From: an uncultured virus (IMG/VR IMGVR_UViG_3300014204_000168)
Taxonomy: Duplodnaviria; Heunggongvirae; Uroviricota; Caudoviricetes
Direction: 5' to 3' (one strand)
Virus record (IMG/VR): IMGVR_UViG_3300014204_000168
Coordinates: 1 to 64,000 of that record
Length of the DNA stretch: 64,000 bases
The position numbers were made by a program, and so were the translations under genes. Positions 43,071 to 52,167 of this stretch are shown piece by piece (the first letter of the stretch is position 1; each line of letters starts with the position of its first letter). Under the pieces are notes generated by a model that searched no databases, was not told the origin of the DNA, and saw only the letters and a list, made by a program, of their open reading frames with translations.

Positions 43071-43699
43071 TGGTTGAAACTGATATTAAAATAGATGATG
43101 TAAGTTATAAATTACCTAAATGTAATTATCGTAGGTCGGCTAAAAAAAAGTCACAAATAGTTGTAGGTAATTCATTTTCTAGTGGTATGAACCATTATAA
43201 TGGTTGGTTAACTAGATATTATGGTGAATATAAAAAAACCGCTGCGTTTACTATAAGTAAAGATGGTAATATATATCAGCATTATGACCCGAAATATACT
43301 TCAGATTTTTTAAATAATAAAAATCTTAATGACCATATAATTCCTGTAGTTATGGAAAATAATGGGTGGTTAATTAATGATGTATTAAATGGTGTGGTAA
43401 CAACATGGGTAGGTAATGAATATAATGATATTGATACTATGTTTAAAAGACTTTGGAGAACACATGAATATTGGGATGGGTATACAGATAAACAAATTGA
43501 ATCATTAATATATCTTTCGAAATATTTATCAAATAAATTTAAGATACCGTTACAAACAATTGGACACAACACAAAAGTTGATGATATTTATGAATATCGT
43601 GGTATTGTTTTCAAAAGCAATTATCAAAGACAGAGCACGGATTTAAGTCCGGCTTTTAATTACGAATTATTTAAAAATAAATTAGAAAACTATGAATAA
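43070..43699 (+). CDS. N-acetylmuramoyl-L-alanine amidase-like protein (degenerate)
   Basis: AAFTISKDGNIYQ, YTDKQIESL, IGHN, DLSPAFNY; expected N-terminal His absent. Confidence 0.6.
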   Translation: MVETDIKIDDVSYKLPKCNYRRSAKKKSQIVVGNSFSSGMNHYNGWLTRYYGEYKKTAAFTISKDGNIYQHYDPKYTSDFLNNKNLNDHIIPVVMENNGWLINDVLNGVVTTWVGNEYNDIDTMFKRLWRTHEYWDGYTDKQIESLIYLSKYLSNKFKIPLQTIGHNTKVDDIYEYRGIVFKSNYQRQSTDLSPAFNYELFKNKLENYE

Positions 43700-44078
43700 T
43701 ATAGACGAACATGACATGACTAAAAGAATGTTAAACATTATTAGAGAAAACGCAACGAATGACGCTATTGATGTTACAGGTCCTGAATTAAAAGAAGAAC
43801 AAGCACAATTTATGCAAATTGTATCAAAATCGGTCCAATTTAATGTATTTAAGGTATATCCTAATGCACGTAACGCTGTATTATCCGGTACAATACCAGA
43901 TTTAAATATGGAATTCCAATGTACATTAGAAGGTATTAATGGCCTATATATTAATGTTAATAATATGCAATTAAGTGATGATTCAATGGAAGTGTTACAA
44001 CACTTAACTGGTTACTATAAACGTTGGCATGATGATTGGGCTCAAAAGTTAGCAACCGATTATAAACCAAAATTATAA
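43692..44078 (+). CDS. Hypothetical protein
   Basis: 128 aa; MLNIIRE leader-like motif. Confidence 0.65.
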   Translation: MNNIDEHDMTKRMLNIIRENATNDAIDVTGPELKEEQAQFMQIVSKSVQFNVFKVYPNARNAVLSGTIPDLNMEFQCTLEGINGLYINVNNMQLSDDSMEVLQHLTGYYKRWHDDWAQKLATDYKPKL

Positions 44079-44095
44079 ATTAAAAAAGTTTTATT

Positions 44096-44893
44096 ATGTC
44101 AGATATTAAAGAAGAAATTGAAAAAAAAGCTGTTAGTTGGTTTAATACTGATAAACAACGTAATACTTTATTAATTATGTTAATTGGTATGAGTATAATA
44201 TTGTTTTTTAGTCTTAGGAGCTGTAGTACTAATAAAAACGATTTACAGATAAGTAATCAAAATAATAAAGCGTTATCTGATTCGGTAAGAGTATCTAAAA
44301 ATAAAGTTGGTCAATTAGAAGCATCTAAAAATGTTTTAATTACAGAAAAAAATGGTCTTAAAGAACTTAATGCTGATTTAGCTTCAGAACTTAAAAAAGA
44401 AAAAGGACGTGTATATGAATTAAATAAATTTATATTAGGTATTAAAAATAAACCGGGTGATACCATTAAAATTACAAATACTGTAATTATTTATCCTAAT
44501 GGTGAATATGGTTTAGCTTGGCATCACGATACAATATATAGTGCAAATAATAGTAGAAATATTATAGGTGTAAGTAAATTTAGATTAAAAGATTCAACCG
44601 TGATACCAACTCAAACATTAATTACAAAAGATGAAATTAATTTTAGTTTAGTTACAGGTTTAAGAGAAAAGGGTGATAATTTAGAAATTTTTATTAGGTC
44701 AGATTATCCGGGTTTTAATGCTTTAAATATTGATGGTGCTATTATAGACCCTAAAAAAAACCCTGTGTTTAATAAATATGTTGTACAGAAAAAATGGGGT
44801 GTTGGTCCTTATTTAGGTGTTGGTATTGGTTCTAATTTAAAACCATCGTTACAAATAGGTATTGGTATTCATTATTCGCTTTTAAGATTTTAA
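44096..44893 (+). CDS. Membrane-anchored coiled-coil protein (possible spanin)
   Basis: TM ending LRSC, coiled coil, C-terminal beta-strands GVGPYLGVGIG...IGIGIHYSLLRF. Confidence 0.55.
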   Translation: MSDIKEEIEKKAVSWFNTDKQRNTLLIMLIGMSIILFFSLRSCSTNKNDLQISNQNNKALSDSVRVSKNKVGQLEASKNVLITEKNGLKELNADLASELKKEKGRVYELNKFILGIKNKPGDTIKITNTVIIYPNGEYGLAWHHDTIYSANNSRNIIGVSKFRLKDSTVIPTQTLITKDEINFSLVTGLREKGDNLEIFIRSDYPGFNALNIDGAIIDPKKNPVFNKYVVQKKWGVGPYLGVGIGSNLKPSLQIGIGIHYSLLRF

Positions 44894-44895
44894 TT

Positions 44896-45090
44896 ATGTC
44901 ATTCGGTGAAGGTTATAAATCTAAAAAAGATTTAACATTTAAAGACCAAAAGAAATTATTGTCAGAATTACAAGAAAAAATTGAAAAAGCTTGTAAAATA
45001 ATGCATGACGCAACTAGGAATGGTAGTGCTAATTTTATTATATGTTCTGGTGAATTTGCTAAAGCTTTTAATGATTTAAAAAATAATTAA
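44896..45090 (+). CDS. Small protein: FGEGYK leader plus gp23-like capsid fragment
   Basis: KIEKACKIMHDATRNGSANFIICS resembles T4 gp23 QIDKEAVEIARQTGRGEGNFIIAS. Confidence 0.55.
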   Translation: MSFGEGYKSKKDLTFKDQKKLLSELQEKIEKACKIMHDATRNGSANFIICSGEFAKAFNDLKNN

Positions 45091-45334
45091 TGTTTGGGTT
45101 AGGTTATAAATCACGAAGAAAATTAAGTTTTACAAACCCAACATTATCGGAAGGTTTAGTTTGGATGCCATATATTCCAGTACAAACTACTCCAGTTATG
45201 TGTGATGTGGGTTTACACCATCTAGATTATTATACTCTCGATATGAATTAACAGAGTTAAACGATAATTACTATAATTTATTAGTTCAACCAGAAACTCC
45301 AGTAGAACACATTACAATTAATATGACTATATAA
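45090..45334 (+). CDS. Small protein: FGLGYK leader plus gp23-like C-terminal fragment, spanning a -1 frameshift
   Basis: Zero frame 45090-45251 (GLVWMPYIPVQTTPV); -1 frame continues FTPSRLLYSRY to TAA at 45332-45334; G_GGT_TTA at 45209-45215; absent from ORF track. Confidence 0.55.
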
Positions 45335-45378
45335 TTACCTTTTTTATATCTTTTTACATATTTATTATAAAAGAAAAT

Positions 45379-45645
45379 ATGTATCAAAACCTAATTAAAC
45401 AAAGATTGAGTGAAACTTTCTCTAAGGAAGAAAAGGACCAAATTAAAGATGAGGTTACTAAAACCATTAAATCATCAGATTTAAAAGACATTATTTCTAA
45501 ATTAGTTTCAAAAGAAATTAAAGGGAATAAGGATTTAGAGAATCAAACCGTTGATATTACCAGAAACGTAATAACTCAGTTATTCAAAGCTTTATGGGTA
45601 AAAAAAGGTTTTTGGCAAACAATGTTAAGTAATAAATCTTCATAA
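45379..45645 (+). CDS. Hypothetical protein (possible internal head protein)
   Basis: ATATTTAT upstream; LIKQRLSE leader. Confidence 0.6.
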   Translation: MYQNLIKQRLSETFSKEEKDQIKDEVTKTIKSSDLKDIISKLVSKEIKGNKDLENQTVDITRNVITQLFKALWVKKGFWQTMLSNKSS

Positions 45646-45647
45646 AT

Positions 45648-47285
45648 ATGAAAAAAATTAAAGTAACCGAGAATCAAGCAAAGATGCTTCAAATGTTTGA
45701 TACACCAAAAAATATTAAAATAACAGAAAGACAACTTAATCTAGTGTTAGAATCATTGGGTCAACAAGTTAGTAGTAATTTTAAAAAATACGGTAAACAA
45801 ATCAAAGGGTTTAGGGTTGAAGCAGCACAAACACCATTAGTGTATAATCAACAAATTGTTGAATTATACGATTTCGCAAAAGAAATTATTGAATTTTTAA
45901 AAGGTTTAATGATAAAACCGGGTGAAGCTGGTTTTACTCCAGTATGGGAACAAATGGGTAGTACTAGAAACGATGTGTATAAATTAATGCGTGATTTAGG
46001 TATTGTTAGTATTGTAGAGAATGGTAGTGGTAAAGAATTTAGAGTTATTAGAAAAAATTTAAAACGTAAAATTAAAAATTTATACGATTCTTTGACTCAA
46101 AATAACAAACCTGTAACGGATATTGATGAAGATAGTGGTTATTACCCATCTGGAGCAGAGAACGACCCAAGTGCACCGTATAATGATAATTCAGAATACA
46201 CTCAAAGAAAGAAAGTCCCAATTACATATAAAGTTATATATTATAATCCAGAAATAGCTATATTAGAAAATAATGGTGGGTTATATTATTTTTATTATGA
46301 GAATATAGATGAAAAAGACTTCATTGATTATTCTGAGGTACCGTATGAGCATACTAGAGATGGTTATGAATATTACGATTTCGATATTGATGGTGAGGCA
46401 ATACAAGGGTATGTAAATGATAATATTAAACATTTGAGTATGGGTAGTGGTTTAGATGATTTCGAACAAGGTGTTGATTTCATTAAAATTGATAAAGAAG
46501 TTAAAGATGCTATTTTAAGTACTTGGCCTAACGAAAAATTAGCTGAAGTATTATCACAAGTTATCGAAACAACTGGTGCCGCTGGTTCTTCTGGTGCATT
46601 TGTTGGTAAATTACAATTAGGTGAGTTAGAAACAACTACTACAATTAATCAAGATGGGTATTTATTTTTTATACTTAATAGAGATGATAGAAAAATTTTA
46701 GGTGGTAATGAGTATAAAGAAGATGCGGTTGATTATTTTAATGAGTTAAAAGAAATGTACCCAGATAAAAATATAGGTGTTTACACATTAAAATATTTAG
46801 TTAGTAAAGGTATAAATCCTAATGATGACCAACAATGGAGTACAAATAATGGTATTAAAGAAACAACTGTTGCTGGTGCTAGTGGTGATGGTGGTAGTTC
46901 TGGACCATATATACAACCTAAAATTTGGGCTAAAAGTAAAAAAGACCATAAGTTAGCTAGAAAATCATTTTGGCCAAATGGTAAAATGGTTGGACAAGAT
47001 ACGGAGAATGCGATTGAAGGTATTCACGAGGATGCACAATCAGATACCCAATACCCTAAAGGTGAGTTTGTTAAATTAGATGATTGTACTAAATTAAATA
47101 ATAATAAAGAAGCACAAAATGGTGGGTGTAGTCAAGGTTCTGTAGATAATGTAGTTAAAATGAAATCTTCTAAAAATTCAGTAATTTCTAAAGAAGGTAT
47201 TTACAATGAAATAGCTAAAAAGACTGGTAAAACGATAGAAGAAGTTACTTCAATAATTTCAAACTATAAGAAACCATTAAAATAA
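45648..47285 (+). CDS. Hypothetical protein (possible internal head protein)
   Basis: KIKVTENQ / IKITERQ repeats; IETT and KETT repeats. Confidence 0.65.
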   Translation: MKKIKVTENQAKMLQMFDTPKNIKITERQLNLVLESLGQQVSSNFKKYGKQIKGFRVEAAQTPLVYNQQIVELYDFAKEIIEFLKGLMIKPGEAGFTPVWEQMGSTRNDVYKLMRDLGIVSIVENGSGKEFRVIRKNLKRKIKNLYDSLTQNNKPVTDIDEDSGYYPSGAENDPSAPYNDNSEYTQRKKVPITYKVIYYNPEIAILENNGGLYYFYYENIDEKDFIDYSEVPYEHTRDGYEYYDFDIDGEAIQGYVNDNIKHLSMGSGLDDFEQGVDFIKIDKEVKDAILSTWPNEKLAEVLSQVIETTGAAGSSGAFVGKLQLGELETTTTINQDGYLFFILNRDDRKILGGNEYKEDAVDYFNELKEMYPDKNIGVYTLKYLVSKGINPNDDQQWSTNNGIKETTVAGASGDGGSSGPYIQPKIWAKSKKDHKLARKSFWPNGKMVGQDTENAIEGIHEDAQSDTQYPKGEFVKLDDCTKLNNNKEAQNGGCSQGSVDNVVKMKSSKNSVISKEGIYNEIAKKTGKTIEEVTSIISNYKKPLK

Positions 47286-47320
47286 TGAAATTTATAATAT
47301 TTATTTGATATTTATAATAA

Positions 47321-48442
47321 ATGAATAAAACTTTTGTAAAAATATATACTATGCAAGAATCTATTAAGAACCAATTACGTAATCGTTTTATCAGTGAAGG
47401 TAGTGTACCGGGTATTGATGTAACTAAAAAAGTACAAGGTGAAGAGGGTAAAGTTAATAAAGCTGCCCAAACTGAAATTGGGAAAAAATTTGGTGAATAT
47501 GATAAAGCAACTGGTAGTAAAGCTAAAGATGCTATTGTACCACCTAAACGTGAATTAAGTAAAAAAGAAGAAGAAATTCATAACACATCTGAACTTGATG
47601 GTGGTATGGAAGACTTACAATATGATAGTGAAGTTAACCCTACATTCAAAAAAAGACAAGAAATGGCTATTGAGGGTGATTCTAAAATGGGTAATGAAAC
47701 TAAAACTGGTAAATGGAATCCTAAAACTGGTGAGGGTAATGGTAATACAGAACCTGTGTGGGGTGCATCTAATGCTGATTTTGGTAAAAATTTAGTTAAA
47801 CAAACTAAAAAAACAAAAGAACTTAAAGATAATATCCCAGCTCTTAGACAATTCGGTAATGATATTGAATCTGCTAAAGGCAAAACAATTGGCTCTACTA
47901 AAAAAGTTGCAGTTGAAAATACAGAAAATAAAACTACTATAAAAGAAGATAAAATGAAAAGACTTAAATTTAAAAGTCCATTTAACGGAATGGAAAAAGC
48001 ATTAACACTTATTCCAGAAGGTTATAGAGTGGATAATAAAGAATTTGAAATGACTGATGGTAATGAGACATATCGTGTTAGATGGGAAGGTTCTTTAACC
48101 GAAGGTCAGGCTATTGTATTACGTGGCGAAAATAAAACATTGGTTAACGAAGATATGGCTAAAATTAAACATTTATTCAATTATAAATCTAATGATACTT
48201 TAGGTATTGTTAAAGGTCAAGCTAGAATTGATGAAAACAAAGAATTTGGTAATGTTTGGTCTAAAACAAAATCTCTTAGATTACAAGAAGATGTTGAAAA
48301 GACTATTAAAGGCTATGGGTTAACTGAAAGTGATTTAAAATTAAATTCAGATGCTTTAGCTCAAAAATTAGTTGAAACTAAACAAATAGATAATAAAGAG
48401 GCTGCAACTAAAGAAGCATTGTGGTTATTAAAAAATAAATAA
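47321..48442 (+). CDS. Hypothetical Lys/Glu-rich protein (possible internal head protein)
   Basis: ATATTTATA upstream; C-terminal domain duplicated in the next gene. Confidence 0.7.
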   Translation: MNKTFVKIYTMQESIKNQLRNRFISEGSVPGIDVTKKVQGEEGKVNKAAQTEIGKKFGEYDKATGSKAKDAIVPPKRELSKKEEEIHNTSELDGGMEDLQYDSEVNPTFKKRQEMAIEGDSKMGNETKTGKWNPKTGEGNGNTEPVWGASNADFGKNLVKQTKKTKELKDNIPALRQFGNDIESAKGKTIGSTKKVAVENTENKTTIKEDKMKRLKFKSPFNGMEKALTLIPEGYRVDNKEFEMTDGNETYRVRWEGSLTEGQAIVLRGENKTLVNEDMAKIKHLFNYKSNDTLGIVKGQARIDENKEFGNVWSKTKSLRLQEDVEKTIKGYGLTESDLKLNSDALAQKLVETKQIDNKEAATKEALWLLKNK

Positions 48443-48445
48443 ACA

Positions 48446-49318
48446 ATGAAAAGACTTAAATTTAAAAAACCATTTAACGGTTTCGGCAATGTATTAAACC
48501 TTATACCAGAAGGTTATAGAGTAAATGGAATAGACGCATTTGAAATGACTGATGGTAATGAAACATATCGTGTTACATGGTCAGATGGTAAAGGACATAT
48601 ATTAGAGGCATCTGATAAAACAATGGTTAGCGAAAGCCTTGGTAGATTAAAAGAGTTAATGAAATATAAATCAGAAACTACTTTAGGTACCGCTACTGGT
48701 AAAGAACGTTTAGCAGAAAATGAAATTTTAACTAAATCATTAATGACTGAAAATAACCAAGGTATTGGTCAAGATAAAAACGGTAAAATGGCACCTATGA
48801 ATATGGGTGATGCAATTGGTAATTTCCTTAATAACCCTAAACATAAATCACCTGAAGAAAACACGCCTAAGAAAGGTGATTATAATAATGGTGAAGGTTA
48901 TGAAAAAGAATCTAGAGCACAAAAATATGGTATTCATGGTGAATCAGAAGATTCTGGTGAAGATAAATTAAAAACTGATATTGATGAGCCGGGTAAAGAA
49001 GGTGGTGCGGTAGAATTATCTGATGAAGTTAAAACCGCTTTAGAACAGTTATTAATAGCTAAACTTGGAGAAATTAAAGATGATGATATCCATGATTTCA
49101 CTGAAAAAAGAGGTTTAAACACTCATAATGTCGAGGCATATATCTATAAATTAGCTGGTGAAGCGTTAAAAGCTAAAGCTATAAAACAAGGTGACTCAGA
49201 TAAAAATGAAGATATGACTGAAGAAAAAGCAAAGGTTAACATTTATGCTAATAAAGATAAACATAAAGAATTAGCTAAAATGGTCTCAAGTAAAGAAAAA
49301 GTTACAACTAAAAAATAA
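48446..49318 (+). CDS. Hypothetical protein, partial paralogue of previous gene
   Basis: MKRLKFKxPFNG...IPEGYRV..FEMTDGNETYRV shared. Confidence 0.7.
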   Translation: MKRLKFKKPFNGFGNVLNLIPEGYRVNGIDAFEMTDGNETYRVTWSDGKGHILEASDKTMVSESLGRLKELMKYKSETTLGTATGKERLAENEILTKSLMTENNQGIGQDKNGKMAPMNMGDAIGNFLNNPKHKSPEENTPKKGDYNNGEGYEKESRAQKYGIHGESEDSGEDKLKTDIDEPGKEGGAVELSDEVKTALEQLLIAKLGEIKDDDIHDFTEKRGLNTHNVEAYIYKLAGEALKAKAIKQGDSDKNEDMTEEKAKVNIYANKDKHKELAKMVSSKEKVTTKK

Positions 49319-49387
49319 AAACTCATATAATATACTTTAATTATAATTTTTATCCCTTATATTTATTAATATAAGGGATAATTTTTT

Positions 49388-49858
49388 ATGAAAAGGTCAT
49401 ACAGAACTTCAGATTTTTTAAAATACATTAACGCACCGTTAAATCATAGTACGATATCAACATTATACGAAGCGAATAATATTGATATAGATTATTGTGA
49501 TTTATTATACGATTATATAATATCATTGAATATGTTAATATTCAATACGTATTTAGGTGATGATATTATGAATGAAAAATCACAAAAAGAACATTTTAAG
49601 TGGTGCTGGAATAAAGTACGTACTAATTTTAGTAATGAGGGCATCACCATAAATGATAATCAAGATTTATATAATTACTTCATGGAATTTTTATATGAGG
49701 TGTATTATAATTCTGATAATAAAGATACTAATTCACAAGGGAATATTTTAAAAATGTGGGAATTTATGTTTAACCATGGGTTGTCTAAATCAAGGTCTGA
49801 TGTCGATACAATTATTGAGATATATAAATTATTTAAATTATCCTTAAAAAAAGTATAA
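49388..49858 (+). CDS. Hypothetical protein
   Basis: 156 aa; preceded by an inverted repeat (about 49350-49381) enclosing ATATTTAT. Confidence 0.7.
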   Translation: MKRSYRTSDFLKYINAPLNHSTISTLYEANNIDIDYCDLLYDYIISLNMLIFNTYLGDDIMNEKSQKEHFKWCWNKVRTNFSNEGITINDNQDLYNYFMEFLYEVYYNSDNKDTNSQGNILKMWEFMFNHGLSKSRSDVDTIIEIYKLFKLSLKKV

Positions 49859-49910
49859 AAAAGTAAGATTTTACTGTTTATTTATAAAAAAGTTTTATTA
49901 TCTTTAAGTT

Positions 49911-50144
49911 ATGAGAATATTAGATATAATAGCAAAATCAATTGAGATTGATATATTAACAGCTGAAGAAGAGGTTGAAAGATTAATTAACGAAGATGGA
50001 CTTCAAACACAAGAAAAAATTGATTTAATTAAAACAAATTTAAATCAAATAATTAATTCACAATTAATATTTAGTAAATTAATGACTTACTATCCTCAGA
50101 CAAATTTAAATAATGATATTGAAAGTAAAAAAGATAATGAATAA
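49911..50144 (+). CDS. Hypothetical protein
   Basis: 77-aa ORF in operon. Confidence 0.6.
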   Translation: MRILDIIAKSIEIDILTAEEEVERLINEDGLQTQEKIDLIKTNLNQIINSQLIFSKLMTYYPQTNLNNDIESKKDNE

Positions 50145-50352
50145 ATTTGAAGAATTAAAAGAATTATTATTAAGAATCGACTCAAGTGGGGATATTACTA
50201 AATTTTATGATAGAAATAATAATACTGCAGCTACTAGAATTAGACTTAATATGCAAGAAATTAAAACCGCTGCACAAGCTGTGCGTGATGAGATATCAGA
50301 AATAAGAGTGGTTAGAAAATCAACAAAAATAAAAAAAGCTAAAAAAATATAA
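50137..50352 (+). CDS. Histone H1-like (Hc1 family) protein
   Basis: MNKFEELKEL..KFYDRNNNTAATRIRLNMQEIK..AQAVR with basic tail. Confidence 0.7.
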   Translation: MNKFEELKELLLRIDSSGDITKFYDRNNNTAATRIRLNMQEIKTAAQAVRDEISEIRVVRKSTKIKKAKKI

Positions 50353-50354
50353 TT

Positions 50355-50552
50355 ATGTTAATATTATTATTAAATAAAATATTGTATGTATTATTTTTCG
50401 TATCTGTACTAAATATTATAAGAAGAGGTTACTTTTTAATTCAATCATTCATCACTGATGAAAAATATAAATTAAATAATATGGACTTGATTTTACTTGG
50501 TATATCATTAGCATTCTCAATAGCCTGTATTTTTACGGGTATAACAATTTAA
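50355..50552 (+). CDS. Small two-TM membrane protein
   Basis: Two hydrophobic segments. Confidence 0.6.
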   Translation: MLILLLNKILYVLFFVSVLNIIRRGYFLIQSFITDEKYKLNNMDLILLGISLAFSIACIFTGITI

Positions 50553-50565
50553 AAAAGTTTTATAT

Positions 50566-51243
50566 ATGTCAACAATACAAGATAAATTAAATAAATTAAA
50601 ACCATATGTCGTAGGTATTAGATATGCTGAAGATATTTTGGTGGTGGAAGCAGTATTTAAAGCAGAGTGGGTAACTCCAACATCTAATATAATTAAAAGT
50701 GCTCCTATCGAAGAAGGTGGTAATCATTTAGTAATTTATAGTCAAGCTGAAGGTATTGGTGTTGATGAATTATTAGATTATGTTGAAAGTATTATTAAAA
50801 TTAATACTGAACGTGAACAAAAACATGAATATCTGAAAACTAAGGTTAAAGAATTACAAATATTATTTTCTAAAAATTCATTAAACAAACTTAAAACATT
50901 AAAATTTGTTTTAGGGTCAGAATCTTTTATAACTGATAACATGGAACCGGAAGATATTTTAAATCAAATAGAACCAGTGGATAATATACCATCAACTGAT
51001 ACTGAAAATGTAAACGAACCTGAGATTAAAAGTATAATTGAAGTTGAAGATATCACACATAAAATAGAAGAACCAATTCAAACAACTAAAAAAATTGGTA
51101 ATAAACCAATAGTCGAATTACCACCAAAAGGTAAGAAAATTGAAGTTGAAATTCATGAACTACCGGTTGAAATGACAACGGGTCCATGTAATTGTGGGCC
51201 AGACGAATATTGTCCTAAATGTATGGATGGAAAAGGAATGTAA
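50566..51243 (+). CDS. Hypothetical protein with C-terminal Cys cluster
   Basis: CNCGPDEYCPKC. Confidence 0.7.
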   Translation: MSTIQDKLNKLKPYVVGIRYAEDILVVEAVFKAEWVTPTSNIIKSAPIEEGGNHLVIYSQAEGIGVDELLDYVESIIKINTEREQKHEYLKTKVKELQILFSKNSLNKLKTLKFVLGSESFITDNMEPEDILNQIEPVDNIPSTDTENVNEPEIKSIIEVEDITHKIEEPIQTTKKIGNKPIVELPPKGKKIEVEIHELPVEMTTGPCNCGPDEYCPKCMDGKGM

Positions 51244-51564
51244 ATGAGTATACTATTATTTTTATTAGTTAGTTATGGTATATCGAATATAATAGTTTTC
51301 GGGTCAATATTTGATGGTATGAGAACTTTCTTCCAAAAATGGAATCCAAAGTTCTTAGGACAATTATTCACGTGTATGATATGTTTACCAACATGGGTGG
51401 GGTTTATATTATCACTTACATTAACTTATTTAGGGTATGTAAGTATAACACCATTTGGGTCAATAGGGGTTGAAATAATATGGTTAAGGACATTCCTCGA
51501 TGGGTGTTTAACATCTGGTGTGGTTTGGTTAATACATACAATACAAGAACATTTTGAAAAATAA
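51244..51564 (+). CDS. Membrane protein, DUF1360-like
   Basis: LFTCMICLPTWVG between TM segments. Confidence 0.55.
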   Translation: MSILLFLLVSYGISNIIVFGSIFDGMRTFFQKWNPKFLGQLFTCMICLPTWVGFILSLTLTYLGYVSITPFGSIGVEIIWLRTFLDGCLTSGVVWLIHTIQEHFEK

Positions 51565-51569
51565 TTATT

Positions 51570-51791
51570 ATGAATGAGTTTAGAGATGGTTTAAGTAGAG
51601 AAGTTGATTTAGAAAGGAAAGCTATGTTAGCTGATATGGAATTAACTAACTTAAAAAAGAGAGCCTTTATTAATGAAATAAAATGTGGTTTAGGTGATGA
51701 TATCAAAAAAAACCCTAATAAGGTTAAAATAGAAAAACAAACTAAAAAGAAATTAAGTAATTTCTTTAAAAATTTATTTACAAAGTTTTAA
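51570..51791 (+). CDS. Hypothetical protein
   Basis: 73-aa ORF in operon. Confidence 0.6.
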   Translation: MNEFRDGLSREVDLERKAMLADMELTNLKKRAFINEIKCGLGDDIKKNPNKVKIEKQTKKKLSNFFKNLFTKF

Positions 51792-51792
51792 T

Positions 51793-52029
51793 ATGATGAC
51801 ATATAATACAATTATAGAAATTGCTACTGAAATAGCGAATAATAAATTAATACCTAAAGATGGTCTTGTTATAGTATATGAATTAGACGAGGAAAACCAT
51901 AGAAAATTAGATGAAGATTTATTTTATAGGTCAAATAAGGATATTCCGGGTATTAAGTTTAATCATACAGATGTTTTCGAAATACCATTTGATGATTTTG
52001 TAATTAAATTTATTCAAAAAGAGTTGTAA
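51793..52029 (+). CDS. Hypothetical protein
   Basis: 78-aa ORF in operon. Confidence 0.6.
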   Translation: MMTYNTIIEIATEIANNKLIPKDGLVIVYELDEENHRKLDEDLFYRSNKDIPGIKFNHTDVFEIPFDDFVIKFIQKEL

Positions 52030-52058
52030 TTCTAAAATTTTTTGATTACCTTTGCCCT

Positions 52059-52124
52059 ATGTTAAAAGAATATAAAAATATAGGTGTATTAGAAGTCGGC
52101 CTCGATGAAGTTTTAATGGTTTAG
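52059..52124 (+). pseudogene. rnhB: First (probably ancestral) RNase HII N-terminal fragment MLKEYKNIGVLEVGLDEV-LMV*
   Basis: GLDEV catalytic motif; ATG 5 nt after TACCTTTG promoter box (52047-52054). Confidence 0.75.
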
Positions 52125-52129
52125 ATGAA

Positions 52130-52164
52130 CTTTTTATTATAAATATCATATTTATAATAAAAAG
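52130..52164 (+). promoter_or_regulatory. 17-bp inverted repeat containing putative late promoter, just upstream of endonuclease ATG
   Basis: CTTTTTATTATAAATAT-C-ATATTTATAATAAAAAG. Confidence 0.65.
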
Positions 52165-52167
52165 AAC

